A stretch of 64,000 nucleotides of DNA, from positions 186,001 through 250,000 of the forward strand of contig NZ_MWQY01000003.1 of the NCBI RefSeq assembly GCF_002087085.1. The letters run 5' to 3'. Below are positions 22,097 to 32,390 of this stretch, piece by piece. Below the pieces are notes generated by a model, which made no database searches, was not told where the DNA came from, and saw only the letters and a list, made by a program, of their open reading frames with translations. The translations under genes and the position numbers were made by a program. Each line of letters begins with the position of its first letter. The stretch's first letter is position 1.

Positions 22097-22693
22097 TCAT
22101 GAAGCTCCCACAACCTTGGCTTTGGCCATTTTTCCCCGGACAACCGCGGCGGTCTGCTGGTCTCCGAGATAGATCTGGATTCGCCGGATATTTTCCTTTG
22201 ATTCCGGGATCTTTACCTTTTCAAAGAGGTTAACCCGCTGTGAAGTGGTCCTCAGCTCATCGTGCAGCAGTTTCCTGCGGCGCTGCAGAACAGCGACCTC
22301 CGCGTCAAAGGTAATAAGCTCCTTCAAGGCGGCGATCCCCTTGTCGATCCACAGAGGGGTCTTCAGCAGGTCCCACTCTATGTCCTTGAAATCAAGCTCC
22401 TTGAACACAGGAACATCGACACCGGCGATATTCCCGGTTTCCGTTTCCACGTGGTCAATCTGCACATACTCTTCAAGATCAATCTCGTCGCCGAAAACTG
22501 CAATCCAGTGCTGCAGCCTGTCCCTCAGGGCCTGCTGTTTGCGCCTCAGTTCCTGTTCTTCCGCTTCCACCTGGCGGATAACCAGCTGCAGCTGCTGTTT
22601 CTTGAGCTGCAGCGTCGGCAGGTAGCGCTGAAAGCGTTTTAAGGAGTCTTTCTGTTTTTTGAGCTCGTTCTTCGTCAGCTTGACGGCGGCCAT
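22097..22693 (-). CDS. atpD: V/A-type ATP synthase subunit D
   Basis: LPTLQLKKQQL, TTSQRVNLFEKV motifs. Confidence 0.93.
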   Translation of the reverse strand: MAAVKLTKNELKKQKDSLKRFQRYLPTLQLKKQQLQLVIRQVEAEEQELRRKQQALRDRLQHWIAVFGDEIDLEEYVQIDHVETETGNIAGVDVPVFKELDFKDIEWDLLKTPLWIDKGIAALKELITFDAEVAVLQRRRKLLHDELRTTSQRVNLFEKVKIPESKENIRRIQIYLGDQQTAAVVRGKMAKAKVVGAS

Positions 22694-22708
22694 ACACTCC
22701 CCTTCCTG

Positions 22709-24016
22709 TTATACGCTTGCGGTCTCTTTGGGCCAGAATTTCTCTATCAGGGAGGACCGTAAGCCCGTCTCCTGGGGTTCGAAGCATTCAGCGAGGATCT
22801 TCCATCCAAGATCCAGGGCTTCCTCCAGGGGGATATTGACCGTAAGGTCCATCATTTTCTCTTCAAACATATCTCCGTACTTGAGGAGCTTCTGGTCCCA
22901 GTCGGACATCCTGAATCCCATGGACTTCTTTTCCATGGACTCCTTGAATGCCGCATAGAGCTTGATCATGCCGTCCATAAGGGAGCGGTGGTCGTCCCGG
23001 GTTGAGCTGTTGACCTGCTGCTTGAGACGGGAGAGACTGCCGAAAGGTTCGATACGACCGTTTTTCAGGTAGTACTGCCCCTCGGTGATATACCCGGTAT
23101 TGTCCGGTACAGGATGGGTTACATCATCGCCGGGCATGGTGGTTACGCCGAGGATGGTAATGGACCCGGCACCCTCAAAGTCGACTGCCTTTTCGTAGCG
23201 GGAGGCCAGCTGGGAATAAAGGTCTCCGGGGTATCCCCGGTTCGACGGCACCTGTTCCATAGTAATGGCGATCTCTTTCATGGCGTCGGCGTAGTTGGTC
23301 ATATCCGTCAGAAGAACCAGAACCTTCTTTCCCTTCAGGGCGAAGCCTTCGGCTACCGCCAGGCTGATGTCCGGTACCAGCTGCGCCTCTACAATGGGGT
23401 CGGCGGCGGTGTGGACGAAAAAGATGGTCCGGCTCATTGCACCGCCCTCTTCCAGCGTCTCCTTGAAGTAGAGATAGTCGTCAAACTTGAGACCGATACC
23501 CCCCAGGATAATGATATCAACCTCCGCCTGCAGAGCGATACGGGCCAGCAGGGGGTTGTAGGGTTCACCGGAAACCGAGAAAATCGGCAGCTTCTGGGAC
23601 TCCACCAGGGAGTTGAAGACGTCGATCATGGGGATTCCGGTCCGTACCATGTTACGGGGAATGATTCTCTTGGCGGGATTGACCGAGGGTCCGCCGATCT
23701 CGATCATGTTCTCCTCGAGGGTGGGTCCGTTGTCCCGGGGACGTCCGGATCCGTCGAAGATCCGCCCCATGAGGTTATCCGAGAAGGAGACTTTCATGGA
23801 ATGACCGAGAAAGCGTACCTCGTCACCGGTGGAGATCCCCCGACCGCCGGAGAAGACCTGAAGGGAGACCTTTTCTCCCTTCATGCGGATAACCTCCGCC
23901 AGGGACTCTCCATGGGCGGATGAGATAACCGCCAGGTCGCCGTATTTTACATCCGTCGCCGAGACGGTAATAACATTTCCGGAGATTGCCTCTATCTTGC
24001 TGTATACCTTGCGCAT
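22709..24016 (-). CDS. atpB: V/A-type ATP synthase subunit B
   Basis: [31 protein letters not shown]. Confidence 0.95.
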   Translation of the reverse strand: MRKVYSKIEAISGNVITVSATDVKYGDLAVISSAHGESLAEVIRMKGEKVSLQVFSGGRGISTGDEVRFLGHSMKVSFSDNLMGRIFDGSGRPRDNGPTLEENMIEIGGPSVNPAKRIIPRNMVRTGIPMIDVFNSLVESQKLPIFSVSGEPYNPLLARIALQAEVDIIILGGIGLKFDDYLYFKETLEEGGAMSRTIFFVHTAADPIVEAQLVPDISLAVAEGFALKGKKVLVLLTDMTNYADAMKEIAITMEQVPSNRGYPGDLYSQLASRYEKAVDFEGAGSITILGVTTMPGDDVTHPVPDNTGYITEGQYYLKNGRIEPFGSLSRLKQQVNSSTRDDHRSLMDGMIKLYAAFKESMEKKSMGFRMSDWDQKLLKYGDMFEEKMMDLTVNIPLEEALDLGWKILAECFEPQETGLRSSLIEKFWPKETASV

Positions 24017-24034
24017 TCTGTTTCTCCCTTAACT

Positions 24035-25801
24035 CTACTCTGCCACGGTCTGCAGTAAACGGGCAGCTTTGCTTTCCATTCCTGCCTGGCGCTCGTCTAT
24101 CATCTTCAGGATCTTGCCTTCCAGCTCCTTGAACTCGTCGCCCTGCCACTGGCTCCGGTTATAGTCGATGAAGAGCTGCCGCAGGTTGTTAAAATAGGAG
24201 CGGGCCTCTTCCTTGCTCTCGAAGTTAAGCTTACCGCCCAGAACCTTGAACAGGATATTGAAGATATGGTCCTGCCGTTCCACGCTTACGGAAAAGTCGA
24301 TGGCGTCGAAGGAATCCTGCTGCAGATAGACCGCATCGAGAAAATCGCTCTTCAGGTAGATTACGAAGTCGTCAAGACTCGTTCCCTCTTCTCCGACTAC
24401 CTTCATCATCTGGCCGATCTCGTCTCCCCGGAACAGAAGTTCCCGGGCGTACTCGGTAAGGGCATGATTGACCGAACCTTCATACTTGGACCATGAATCC
24501 AGGGGATGAATGGCCGGGTACTTTCTGGCGTCGGAGCGTTCCCGGGAGAGTCCGTGAAAGGCACCGACGACCTTCAGGGTTGCCTGGGTTACCGGCTCCT
24601 CGAAGTTTCCTCCCGCGGGGCTTACCGTACCGCCGATGGTGACCGAGCCGATGCTGCCGTCCTTGAGCCGGACGAGTCCGGCTCGCTCGTAGAAGGAGGC
24701 GATGGTGGACTCGAGGTAGGCGGGGAAGGCCTCTTCTCCGGGGATCTCCTCCAGACGTCCCGACATCTCCCGCATAGCCTGGGCCCAGCGTGAGGTTGAG
24801 TCAGCCAGAAGCAGAACATGGAGCCCCATCTGACGGTAGTACTCCGCCAGGGTCACCGCGGTATATACCGAAGCTTCCCGGGCTGCAACGGGCATGGAAC
24901 TTGTATTGGCGATAATGATGGTACGCTCCATCAGGGTCTTGCCGGTCCGGGGGTCGAGGAGTTCCGGGAACTCCTTCAGGGTTTCCACGACCTCACCTGC
25001 CCGCTCTCCGCAGGCGGCGATGATAACAACGTCTACTTCCGCATTACGGCTGGTGACCTGCTGCAGAACCGTCTTTCCCGCGCCGAAAGGACCGGGAATA
25101 CAATACGTACCACCCCGGGCTACCGGAAGAAAGGTGTCGATAATCCGCACTTTGGTTACCATCGGCTCGGAGGGTTTGAGACGTTCCTCATAGGCGCTTA
25201 TTGCCCGCTTGACGGGCCACTCGAACTTCATTGTAAGGGTGTGCGTGTTTCCGCTGTCGTCCTTTATTACGGCCACGGTGTCGTCCACCGTGTAGGAGCC
25301 TGCGTCCGCCACGGATTCAACAGTATAGACTCCCTTGAAACTGAAAGGCACCATGATGCGGTGCTTGAAGATTCCTTCGGGAACCGTACCCAGAGAGTCT
25401 CCGCTCTGTACTGTATCGCCGGTTTTAACCGAAGGGGTAAACTCCCATTTGCGCTCCCGGGAAAGGGCGTCGAGATAGACTCCCCTCTGCAGGAAGAAGC
25501 CGCACTGCTCGGCGAGCTTCGGCAGCGGGTTCTGAAGACCATCGTAAATCTGCCCCAGAAGCCCTGGTCCGAGTTCCACCGCCAGAAGCTCCCCGGTAAA
25601 CTCAACCTTGTCTCCGATTCCGATGCCCCGGGTTATTTCAAAAACCTGCAGCTCAACGTTGTTCGCATTTACCCGGATAACCTCAGCCTTGAGGCGCTGG
25701 TCACCGACAAGAATGTATCCTACTTCATTCATGGAGACCGTGCCATCGACAGCTACGGTGACCATATTTCCGTTTATACCTACAACCGTTCCATTCGTCA
25801 T
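24035..25801 (-). CDS. atpA: V/A-type ATP synthase subunit A
   Basis: GPFGAGKT Walker A, CGERAGE, NTSSMPVAAREAS. Confidence 0.96.
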   Translation of the reverse strand: MTNGTVVGINGNMVTVAVDGTVSMNEVGYILVGDQRLKAEVIRVNANNVELQVFEITRGIGIGDKVEFTGELLAVELGPGLLGQIYDGLQNPLPKLAEQCGFFLQRGVYLDALSRERKWEFTPSVKTGDTVQSGDSLGTVPEGIFKHRIMVPFSFKGVYTVESVADAGSYTVDDTVAVIKDDSGNTHTLTMKFEWPVKRAISAYEERLKPSEPMVTKVRIIDTFLPVARGGTYCIPGPFGAGKTVLQQVTSRNAEVDVVIIAACGERAGEVVETLKEFPELLDPRTGKTLMERTIIIANTSSMPVAAREASVYTAVTLAEYYRQMGLHVLLLADSTSRWAQAMREMSGRLEEIPGEEAFPAYLESTIASFYERAGLVRLKDGSIGSVTIGGTVSPAGGNFEEPVTQATLKVVGAFHGLSRERSDARKYPAIHPLDSWSKYEGSVNHALTEYARELLFRGDEIGQMMKVVGEEGTSLDDFVIYLKSDFLDAVYLQQDSFDAIDFSVSVERQDHIFNILFKVLGGKLNFESKEEARSYFNNLRQLFIDYNRSQWQGDEFKELEGKILKMIDERQAGMESKAARLLQTVAE

Positions 25802-25825
25802 TGTGCTCTACTCCGATCTCCCGCT

Positions 25826-26359
25826 TCAGATACCGATTTCGGCATCCTCCAGAGGCTTGGTGATATTCTGATAAGATTCGGTATACCGGGCGGTACCCCG
25901 CTCTTCTGTAAGCTTGTTTTTCCGTTCCAGCAGCATGAGTTTCAGCAGATGGATAACCAGGCGCTCGAGATCAAAAAAGTGTCCAGCCTCGAGTCCATCG
26001 AGGAATTCCCAGGTGAAGCGCATGACCTCGGTCTCGGCTTCCAGGGGGTTCTCCATGGCGACACACTGCCGCGCTTTTTCTCCGATCCGGGCATCAGAAG
26101 CCTGGGCGTACTGGTTCGGGTCCCTGCCCATCCCCTGGGCCCGGTACCGGGCAAGTTCCCGGTCGAACTCGCTGCTGAATACCCTGGTCCTGGCTACAAA
26201 GGGATGAGAAGAAGCCTCACCTCTGAATACAGAGTCAAGAACCTGAAAGTCCTTTTCCGGAAGCATGCTCCTGACGAAGGCCAGAAAGCCCTGGACATCT
26301 GTTTCCGTTGTGCCGGAAAATGAGAGAAAAGGTAAGGTCGCGACTATGTAATAATACAC
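25826..26359 (-). CDS. DUF2764-family V-ATPase accessory subunit
   Basis: MYYYIVATLP start and HFFD motif; lies between subunits E and A. Confidence 0.8.
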   Translation of the reverse strand: MYYYIVATLPFLSFSGTTETDVQGFLAFVRSMLPEKDFQVLDSVFRGEASSHPFVARTRVFSSEFDRELARYRAQGMGRDPNQYAQASDARIGEKARQCVAMENPLEAETEVMRFTWEFLDGLEAGHFFDLERLVIHLLKLMLLERKNKLTEERGTARYTESYQNITKPLEDAEIGI

Positions 26360-26370
26360 GTCAGTCCCCT

Positions 26371-26982
26371 TTACGATTCTTTCGCCGCTGCCTCGACGAT
26401 TTCAGCGAGCTGGGGATTGACAAGACGGGAGAGCATCTCCGCGATCTCCGTTGCGGAAAAATCGTAATAGCTGCCGCCCTCTTTCGTACCGATCCGGAAA
26501 CCTGCCTTTATGGAGGGGAAGGGTTTGATTTCCACACCTTCGCCGAACCTGGAAGCAAGCTGACCGGTGAGCTTTTTGCCGAGTTCCCGGGCATCCTTTT
26601 CGGATAGAAGAAGGGAGAGATCTCCTTCGGAGCCGTCCCACTTTTCCAGGGCCGCGAGAATGATCTTCTCAAGGCCTTCCCCGCTCAGGGCCTCCGCGGT
26701 TTTCTGATTCAGGATTGATTCACCTATGCTCTGAATAGACTGCCGTACCTTCAGAATGAGATCCCGGGCGGCCTGTTCGAGGGCAGCACGTCCGGAGGCC
26801 TCCATTCTGGCGGCCTCTTCTTTGGCGCGGGACCTGATCTGGCCGGCTTCCTGCTCAGCCTCTTTCAGGATTTCATCCTTACGACGGCGGGCATCCTGCA
26901 GAACCTTTTCGGCCTCCTCTCTGGCAGTGCCAAGGCCTTCGGTTTTTATCTTTTCAATAAGTTCGCTCAGTTGGACATCCAT
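26371..26982 (-). CDS. atpE: V/A-type ATP synthase subunit E
   Basis: MDVQLSELIEKIKTEG start after GAGGA; coiled coil; GFRIG..YDFS. Confidence 0.88.
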   Translation of the reverse strand: MDVQLSELIEKIKTEGLGTAREEAEKVLQDARRRKDEILKEAEQEAGQIRSRAKEEAARMEASGRAALEQAARDLILKVRQSIQSIGESILNQKTAEALSGEGLEKIILAALEKWDGSEGDLSLLLSEKDARELGKKLTGQLASRFGEGVEIKPFPSIKAGFRIGTKEGGSYYDFSATEIAEMLSRLVNPQLAEIVEAAAKES

Positions 26983-27116
26983 GCTTTCCTCGCTCTTATA
27001 CACAAGATCGTATTAATTCGGCATTGATATGCCGACATATTAAAGGAGCATTTTTATTTAATCAATACAATTTGTCAAAAATACGCTATTTTTTTATCGA
27101 TATAAACAATCTGTTA

Positions 27117-27479
27117 TCAGACAACCTTGGACCGAATATATTCAGCAACCTTGTCGATCTTTCTCTCCACAAAAATACAGACTGCATCGGGATACGCCGA
27201 ATTGTGGATGGTCTGCCCGCAGCGCTGCTTCAGGCGGGAAATAAAATCGGGAAACGTCTCCCCTTCAATCAGCTCGACCTTATCCAGCTCATCCACAATT
27301 TTTTTTATTCCCGCAAACTCCTGCTTTAACAGGGATATGTTTTCCATATGCACATATTCGGTGATTGCCCGGTCCTGACGGCGTTTTGCCGTAAGTCCGG
27401 CCAGGGTGTTGATATCCTCTTCCAGATCCTCAAGCTCAACCTTCAGGATACGCAGGAACTTTCCTACCCTCTCTTGCAT
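27117..27479 (-). CDS. Hypothetical protein
   Basis: 120-aa ORF with GAGG RBS; plausible helical protein. Confidence 0.6.
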   Translation of the reverse strand: MQERVGKFLRILKVELEDLEEDINTLAGLTAKRRQDRAITEYVHMENISLLKQEFAGIKKIVDELDKVELIEGETFPDFISRLKQRCGQTIHNSAYPDAVCIFVERKIDKVAEYIRSKVV

Positions 27480-27585
27480 AACCTCACCTCATGGACAGAT
27501 TGGAAACATTGGAAATATCCTTACAAGCCTATTGTAATGGACTCAGCCAAAAATGCAACAAAAGTTTCCCACATTTTCCCGTTTT

Positions 27586-27990
27586 CTAGAGGGAACCGAG
27601 AGAAAAATCCCCGTGAATCTTGTAGACATGACCGTCCCGGCTCACCGTCAGATCCCTGTCGGGAAAAAAACGCGGCAGCCGCTCCTGTACCAGATCCACT
27701 ACCTCCTCCTCGATCTCTTCCCGCACATCATCGGGTATCCTGGTCAGGGTCACCATATCGATATCGATTATATAGCCCTTTCCCAGTTCACTCCCGAAGC
27801 CGGCGGTAAAGGAGGTACCCACATTGAAAAGACCGTCGTGCTCCTTGTTGGAGGTTTTTCCCCTCTTTGCCCGGTTGGGATGCAGAGGATACAGGTGACC
27901 GTACTTCTCTTCCAGATAATCGTCGATCTCATCGAACATTTTCTTCATGGTCTCGTCCCACTGCTGCAGTTTCGGGTGTCTCATGCTCAT
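27586..27990 (-). CDS. Hypothetical protein
   Basis: 134-aa ORF translationally coupled to rsgA (TGATG). Confidence 0.7.
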   Translation of the reverse strand: MSMRHPKLQQWDETMKKMFDEIDDYLEEKYGHLYPLHPNRAKRGKTSNKEHDGLFNVGTSFTAGFGSELGKGYIIDIDMVTLTRIPDDVREEIEEEVVDLVQERLPRFFPDRDLTVSRDGHVYKIHGDFSLGSL

Positions 27991-28943
27991 CAGTTCTTCC
28001 CCCTTTCCCGTACATATTCGGGTTCGTTGCCCTGGAGCTGTTCGAGTATCCGCAGGTAGCTCTCGTATCTGTCCGGATGTATCCTGCCCTCTTCCACCGC
28101 ATCCCTCACGGCACAGCGGGGCTCGTGATCGTGGTAGCAGGGAGAAAAGGCACAGTCCTCCAGAAAAGGCTGAAAATCGGGAAAATAGTGTCCCAGATCC
28201 AGGGGCAGAATGCCGGCAATATCGATTTCGCGGATTCCCGGAGTATCCACCAGGCGTCCGGGAAAATCACCTTTGAGCATCAGAGCAAAACAGGTGGTGT
28301 GGCTCCCCCGATTGTACTTCTTCGTAATCTCCCCCACAGCCAGATCCGCGCCGGGAACGATACGGTTCAGAAGGGTGGATTTTCCCACCCCGGATTGTCC
28401 CACGAAGGCGACGTCCATGCCCCGGAGGGATTCAACAAGCTCGTCGACCCCTTCTCCGCTGGCGGCTGAACAGAAACGGACATCCCAGCCGAGGGACCTG
28501 TAGATTTCCAGGCGCCCGGTCATGGCTGAATCCATCTTCTGGTCCATCTTGTTAACCAGGATCATTACCGGCATATCACCGATGGCCGCAGCAACCAGGA
28601 CCCGGTCGATAAAACGGGGTCTGAAGGGAGGGGACTCCGGCGAGCTTAGACAGACAAGCAGATCCATATTGGCCGCTATGGTCTGCATGGTACCCCGCTT
28701 CCGGTTCAGCCGGGCAAAGACATTTTTCCGTTCTCTCCGGGAGACAATCATACCACTCCCCTCGTGCCGGGGGTCCTCTTCGAACTCCACCCAGTCTCCC
28801 ACGGCTATGGGGTTGTAGCGCCCAAGGTCTTCCTTGAGCTTTTTCCCTTTGATACGACAGCTGATCTCCCGTTCACGGCCGTTTTCTTCGGAAAACAGGG
28901 TATAGATATTGTTGATTCCGGAAGCCACTCGTCCTAGGGGCAT
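27990..28943 (-). CDS. rsgA: Ribosome small subunit-dependent GTPase A
   Basis: Circularly permuted GTPase (NKMD, GQSGVGKST, DTPGIRE) and C-terminal C..C.H.HEP.C zinc site. Confidence 0.95.
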   Translation of the reverse strand: MPLGRVASGINNIYTLFSEENGREREISCRIKGKKLKEDLGRYNPIAVGDWVEFEEDPRHEGSGMIVSRRERKNVFARLNRKRGTMQTIAANMDLLVCLSSPESPPFRPRFIDRVLVAAAIGDMPVMILVNKMDQKMDSAMTGRLEIYRSLGWDVRFCSAASGEGVDELVESLRGMDVAFVGQSGVGKSTLLNRIVPGADLAVGEITKKYNRGSHTTCFALMLKGDFPGRLVDTPGIREIDIAGILPLDLGHYFPDFQPFLEDCAFSPCYHDHEPRCAVRDAVEEGRIHPDRYESYLRILEQLQGNEPEYVRERGKN

Positions 28944-29785
28944 TCCAGTACCCCCCGGTAGCTGGCGCCGTAGAGGGCGGCAAAATCATCATACGCAGGA
29001 CCGGGAACAGGAGAGCTTGTATAAATATCGAATACAGAACCCCGCTGTCCGGGATCCGGAAAATCCTCGAGGCGGCGAAGGACCTGTCGTCCCACCCCCT
29101 CCACGGAGTCGACAACCCGTATATCCGGACCCAGGAGGGTCTGGAATTCCTTTTGAAGGTGAAGATAATGCGTACACCCCAGAACCACAGTGTCCACCCT
29201 TTCTTCGCGAAAAAAGTCGCAGGCCGGGCGGACAGCCTCGAGACGGGCCTTTTCATCCGCCCGGGTCAGGTCGTTTTCCACAAAGTCGACCAGATCCTGT
29301 CCGGCAAACCGCAGTACCCTGCAGTCCGCCGCGAAGGTGCTGATCAGGTTCTCCGTATAGGAACTGATCACCGTTTCGGAGGTCGCGATAAGACCGATTC
29401 GGCGAAGACGGCTCTGCTGTGCCGCGGGTTTTACCGCAGGGACCACCCCCACAAAGGGCTTGGAAAAACGTTCCCGCAATGCCCCCAGGGCCACCACGGA
29501 GGCAGTATTGCAGGCAATAAGAAAGATATCCGGATCGAAGCTCTCATTCAGGCAGCCGATCATACGGGTGACGATCTCGATGATCTCATCCTCGCCCTTG
29601 CTTCCATAGGGAAAGCCGGCGGTGTCTGCAAGATAGATATAGGCCCCGGCGGGACGGGCACGGAAAATCCAGTGAAGATAGGGCAGCCCCCCTACCCCGG
29701 AATCGAGGACCGCCAGACGCGGACGGGACAGGGATCCCCTTAGCCGATCAGCCGAAGAGCTTGTTGAATTTGTCCCGTGCATCAT
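28934..29785 (-). CDS. murI: Glutamate racemase (start uncertain: ATG 29785/29782 or CTG 29731)
   Basis: DSGVGG, PYG, ACNTAS and LGCTHY catalytic motifs; ORF-track extension to 30097 overlaps another gene. Confidence 0.9.
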   Translation of the reverse strand: MMHGTNSTSSSADRLRGSLSRPRLAVLDSGVGGLPYLHWIFRARPAGAYIYLADTAGFPYGSKGEDEIIEIVTRMIGCLNESFDPDIFLIACNTASVVALGALRERFSKPFVGVVPAVKPAAQQSRLRRIGLIATSETVISSYTENLISTFAADCRVLRFAGQDLVDFVENDLTRADEKARLEAVRPACDFFREERVDTVVLGCTHYLHLQKEFQTLLGPDIRVVDSVEGVGRQVLRRLEDFPDPGQRGSVFDIYTSSPVPGPAYDDFAALYGASYRGVLECP

Positions 29786-30023
29786 CGTCCCTGGCGGCCC
29801 TTCCGGAGGAGGAGATATTCCGGTTGGGGGAAAAGTAGTCGCAATAGTTGGCTGCTTCCTTGTCCCGGACAGGTTCAGTAATGTGTTCACTGCAGTCATA
29901 CTGTTTTCCCGGGGCATAAAACTGACAGTTACGGCAGGAACGCAGAGCCTTGCCGCAGTTCGGGCATTCATCGGCCCGGTAAATCTTCCGGTCCGGCAAC
30001 GGAGTTCCACATAAAGCGCACAT
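29748..30023 (-). CDS. Small Cys-rich (probable Zn-binding) hypothetical protein
   Basis: CxxC, CxxC, CxxC, C, C pattern (CALC, CPNC, CRNC, DCSE, NYCDYF). Confidence 0.7.
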   Translation of the reverse strand: MCALCGTPLPDRKIYRADECPNCGKALRSCRNCQFYAPGKQYDCSEHITEPVRDKEAANYCDYFSPNRNISSSGRAARDDDARDKFNKLFG

Positions 30024-30132
30024 ACACTGTAGACTACCCCAGGATGCGGGGAATGTGAAGCTGTGCATTCATTAGAGAAGAGATACGTTTTTTTCATTGC
30101 CCCGGCACAGTCCTTGCGGGTATTATGGTTTC

Positions 30133-30894
30133 ATGCAAAAAGCACGGCCGCCGATCCCGCCGGACGAAGCATCTGTAACGACAGTCAATCTGGGAAAGAA
30201 GTTTCCCCGAAGTCCCCGCTGGGCGGTGAAGAATCTATCCTTCAGCTGTCGTCCCGGTACGATAACCGGACTTATAGGGGAGAACGGTGCGGGAAAAACA
30301 ACAAGTCTTCGCATGATATCCACCATGCTCAGCCCAACGGAGGGCAGCGGGACCGTCTGCGGACACAGCCTCAAGGCAGCCCCCACCAGGGTACGACAAA
30401 ACCTGGGGGTTCTCTTCGGAGGCACCAGCGGATTGTACGAGCGCCTGAGCGCAGCGGAGAATATACTCTACTTTGCCCGCCTCAACGGACTCGAGCCCGG
30501 GGAAGGAGAAAAGCGGCTGGCCGAGCTCTCCCGTCTCTTTGGAATGGAGAGCTTTCTCCACCGCCGGGCCGGCACCTTTTCCACCGGAATGCGCCAGAAG
30601 TGCCTCATAGCCAGGGCGATCATCCACGACCCGGCGGTCCTGCTTCTGGATGAACCGACCACCGGCCTCGACTTCAGTACGAGACGGAGTATTTACCGCT
30701 TTATTCTGCAGCAGAAGGAGCTGGGCAAAACAATACTATTCTCCAGCCACGACCTGAACTCGGTACAGGAGATATGCGACAGCCTCCTTGTTCTGCACAA
30801 GGGCCGTCTTGCAGCCCAGGGCAGTCCGGAAACCTTGAGCCGGGAAGGTTCTCTGGAACGAGGAATCAGCGAACTGACAGGAAGCATACAATGA
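30133..30894 (+). CDS. ABC transporter ATP-binding protein, NatA-like (Na+ export)
   Basis: GENGAGKTT, GLYERLSA, FSTGMRQK, LLDEPT. Confidence 0.85.
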   Translation: MQKARPPIPPDEASVTTVNLGKKFPRSPRWAVKNLSFSCRPGTITGLIGENGAGKTTSLRMISTMLSPTEGSGTVCGHSLKAAPTRVRQNLGVLFGGTSGLYERLSAAENILYFARLNGLEPGEGEKRLAELSRLFGMESFLHRRAGTFSTGMRQKCLIARAIIHDPAVLLLDEPTTGLDFSTRRSIYRFILQQKELGKTILFSSHDLNSVQEICDSLLVLHKGRLAAQGSPETLSREGSLERGISELTGSIQ

Positions 30895-32027
30895 TACCCA
30901 GGCGTATACCCGCAGCCCTGATTACAGCCCGTAAGGAACTGAAGGACTTTTTCCGGGACCCCCGTTCCATTATCCTGACCCTGGTTCTTCCGGTAGTGCT
31001 GTTTCCCCTCCTCTTTCGGGTCCTGGAGGAAAGAAGCCCGGAAGCTTCCGGGAGACAGAGGATATTTACCATTGGTCTGTCCGGGGAGGTCCCCGATTTT
31101 CTGAGCAGGACGGATCCCGGCTATTTTGTGGATGATATTGACGAACCTGCAGCGGCGGAGAATGATACAGAACGCCGCAGGCTCCTTTTCAGCCGTTACG
31201 ATGCGGTGGTAATTTCCGAAAGCGGCACCGTCTATTACAACAACGCCGATCCGGAATCAGAGGCCGCTGTCAGATATCTGCAGGAGGCTTCCGGCAGCAT
31301 GGACGGAAAGAAGAAGCAGCTCCAGGGAGATTCCGCGTTTTCCGCTGCCCCCCTGTACCGCCCCGAGGACGCCGCGGGTAAACTGTTTCTATCCCTTGTT
31401 CTCCCCTTTATGGTCTTCATCTTTGCCTCCACCTGCCCACTGCCTGTTGCGGCGGACATGAGCGCCGGAGAGAAGGAACGCCTGAGCCTGGAACCCCTGC
31501 TCTGTACAGCCGCCCCGCGTTCCGGCATTATCAGCGGAAAACTCCTGGCCGCGGCCCTCGCGGGCTGCATCAGTGTGGGGGCCTATTTTCTTGGAATCAG
31601 TATATCTGTTCTCATCAGTCCCGAGATTCTCGGAGACGAGGCCATGATTTTCAACATTGATCCGTCACAGTACCTATTAATTCTGACTCTGATGCTGCTG
31701 GCCACTTCCTTTTTCGCCGCCCTGGAACTTACAGCAGGCTTTATGGCCAGATCGGTTCGGGAGGCCCAGCTCCTGGGCATGCCCTTACTGTTTGTATCCA
31801 TGGGAGCTGTCTATATTGCCCAGAGCATCGATCTGCAGCATGTTCCCCTGCTGATACCCCACATTCCCCTGGTCAACCTGGGACTGGTAATCCGGGAAGC
31901 TGCCCTGGACCGGGTAAATCCGTACCACGCGTCTGCCGCCATTTTGTGGAGCCTTTTCTACCTGTTCTGCGCCGCCTTTGCGTCGGTGCACCGCTTCAAA
32001 CACGAGTCGGTGATCGGGGGAAGATAA
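30891..32027 (+). CDS. ABC-2 permease, NatB-like
   Basis: KELKDFFRD and AGEKERLSLEPLL motifs; ATGA overlap with the ATPase gene. Confidence 0.82.
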   Translation: MIPRRIPAALITARKELKDFFRDPRSIILTLVLPVVLFPLLFRVLEERSPEASGRQRIFTIGLSGEVPDFLSRTDPGYFVDDIDEPAAAENDTERRRLLFSRYDAVVISESGTVYYNNADPESEAAVRYLQEASGSMDGKKKQLQGDSAFSAAPLYRPEDAAGKLFLSLVLPFMVFIFASTCPLPVAADMSAGEKERLSLEPLLCTAAPRSGIISGKLLAAALAGCISVGAYFLGISISVLISPEILGDEAMIFNIDPSQYLLILTLMLLATSFFAALELTAGFMARSVREAQLLGMPLLFVSMGAVYIAQSIDLQHVPLLIPHIPLVNLGLVIREAALDRVNPYHASAAILWSLFYLFCAAFASVHRFKHESVIGGR

Positions 32028-32091
32028 AAAGCTTGATTTTGACCGTTTATGGCCCTATCATTTACACCATAGAAAGAAAGGAGAGGATTGT

Positions 32092-32154
32092 ATGGGAATC
32101 GTTACCGCTCTTGTCGTTGTAATCCTTGTTATTGTAATTGTTAAACTCGTGTAA
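32092..32154 (+). CDS. 20-aa hydrophobic peptide MGIVTALVVVILVIVIVKLV
   Basis: AAGGAGAGG RBS; TTGATT-N17-TATCAT upstream (32033-32061); single TM-like helix; below ORF-track cutoff. Confidence 0.55.
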   Translation: MGIVTALVVVILVIVIVKLV

Positions 32155-32207
32155 TCCGTTGTGAGGCATAGACTTTAGACAAAGGGGAATAAACTGCCGA
32201 AACAGGA

Positions 32208-32236
32208 TTGACAAAAAAACGACTTATTACTATATT
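32208..32236 (+). promoter_or_regulatory. sigma70-like promoter of tRNA-Gly
   Basis: TTGACA-N17-TATATT ending 14 nt before the tRNA. Confidence 0.7.
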
Positions 32237-32250
32237 CTCACCGTAACAAC

Positions 32251-32324
<74 letters not shown>

Positions 32325-32390
32325 AAACAAATGCTTACAGCATCAAGAGTTAGGCTTCTTTCTGATCAAGCATTGAACCCTTCTTTGGCT

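Noticed and set aside
1009..26323. Long plus-strand ORFs (e.g. 1009-1863, 7308-8363, 11475-12551, 13269-14378, 24818-26323)
   Set aside because: Antisense shadows of well-supported minus-strand genes in GC-rich DNA; no recognisable motifs.
29786..30097. N-terminal extension of MurI (387-aa ORF)
   Set aside because: Overlaps the Cys-rich gene in another frame; MurI similarity starts only near 29720.
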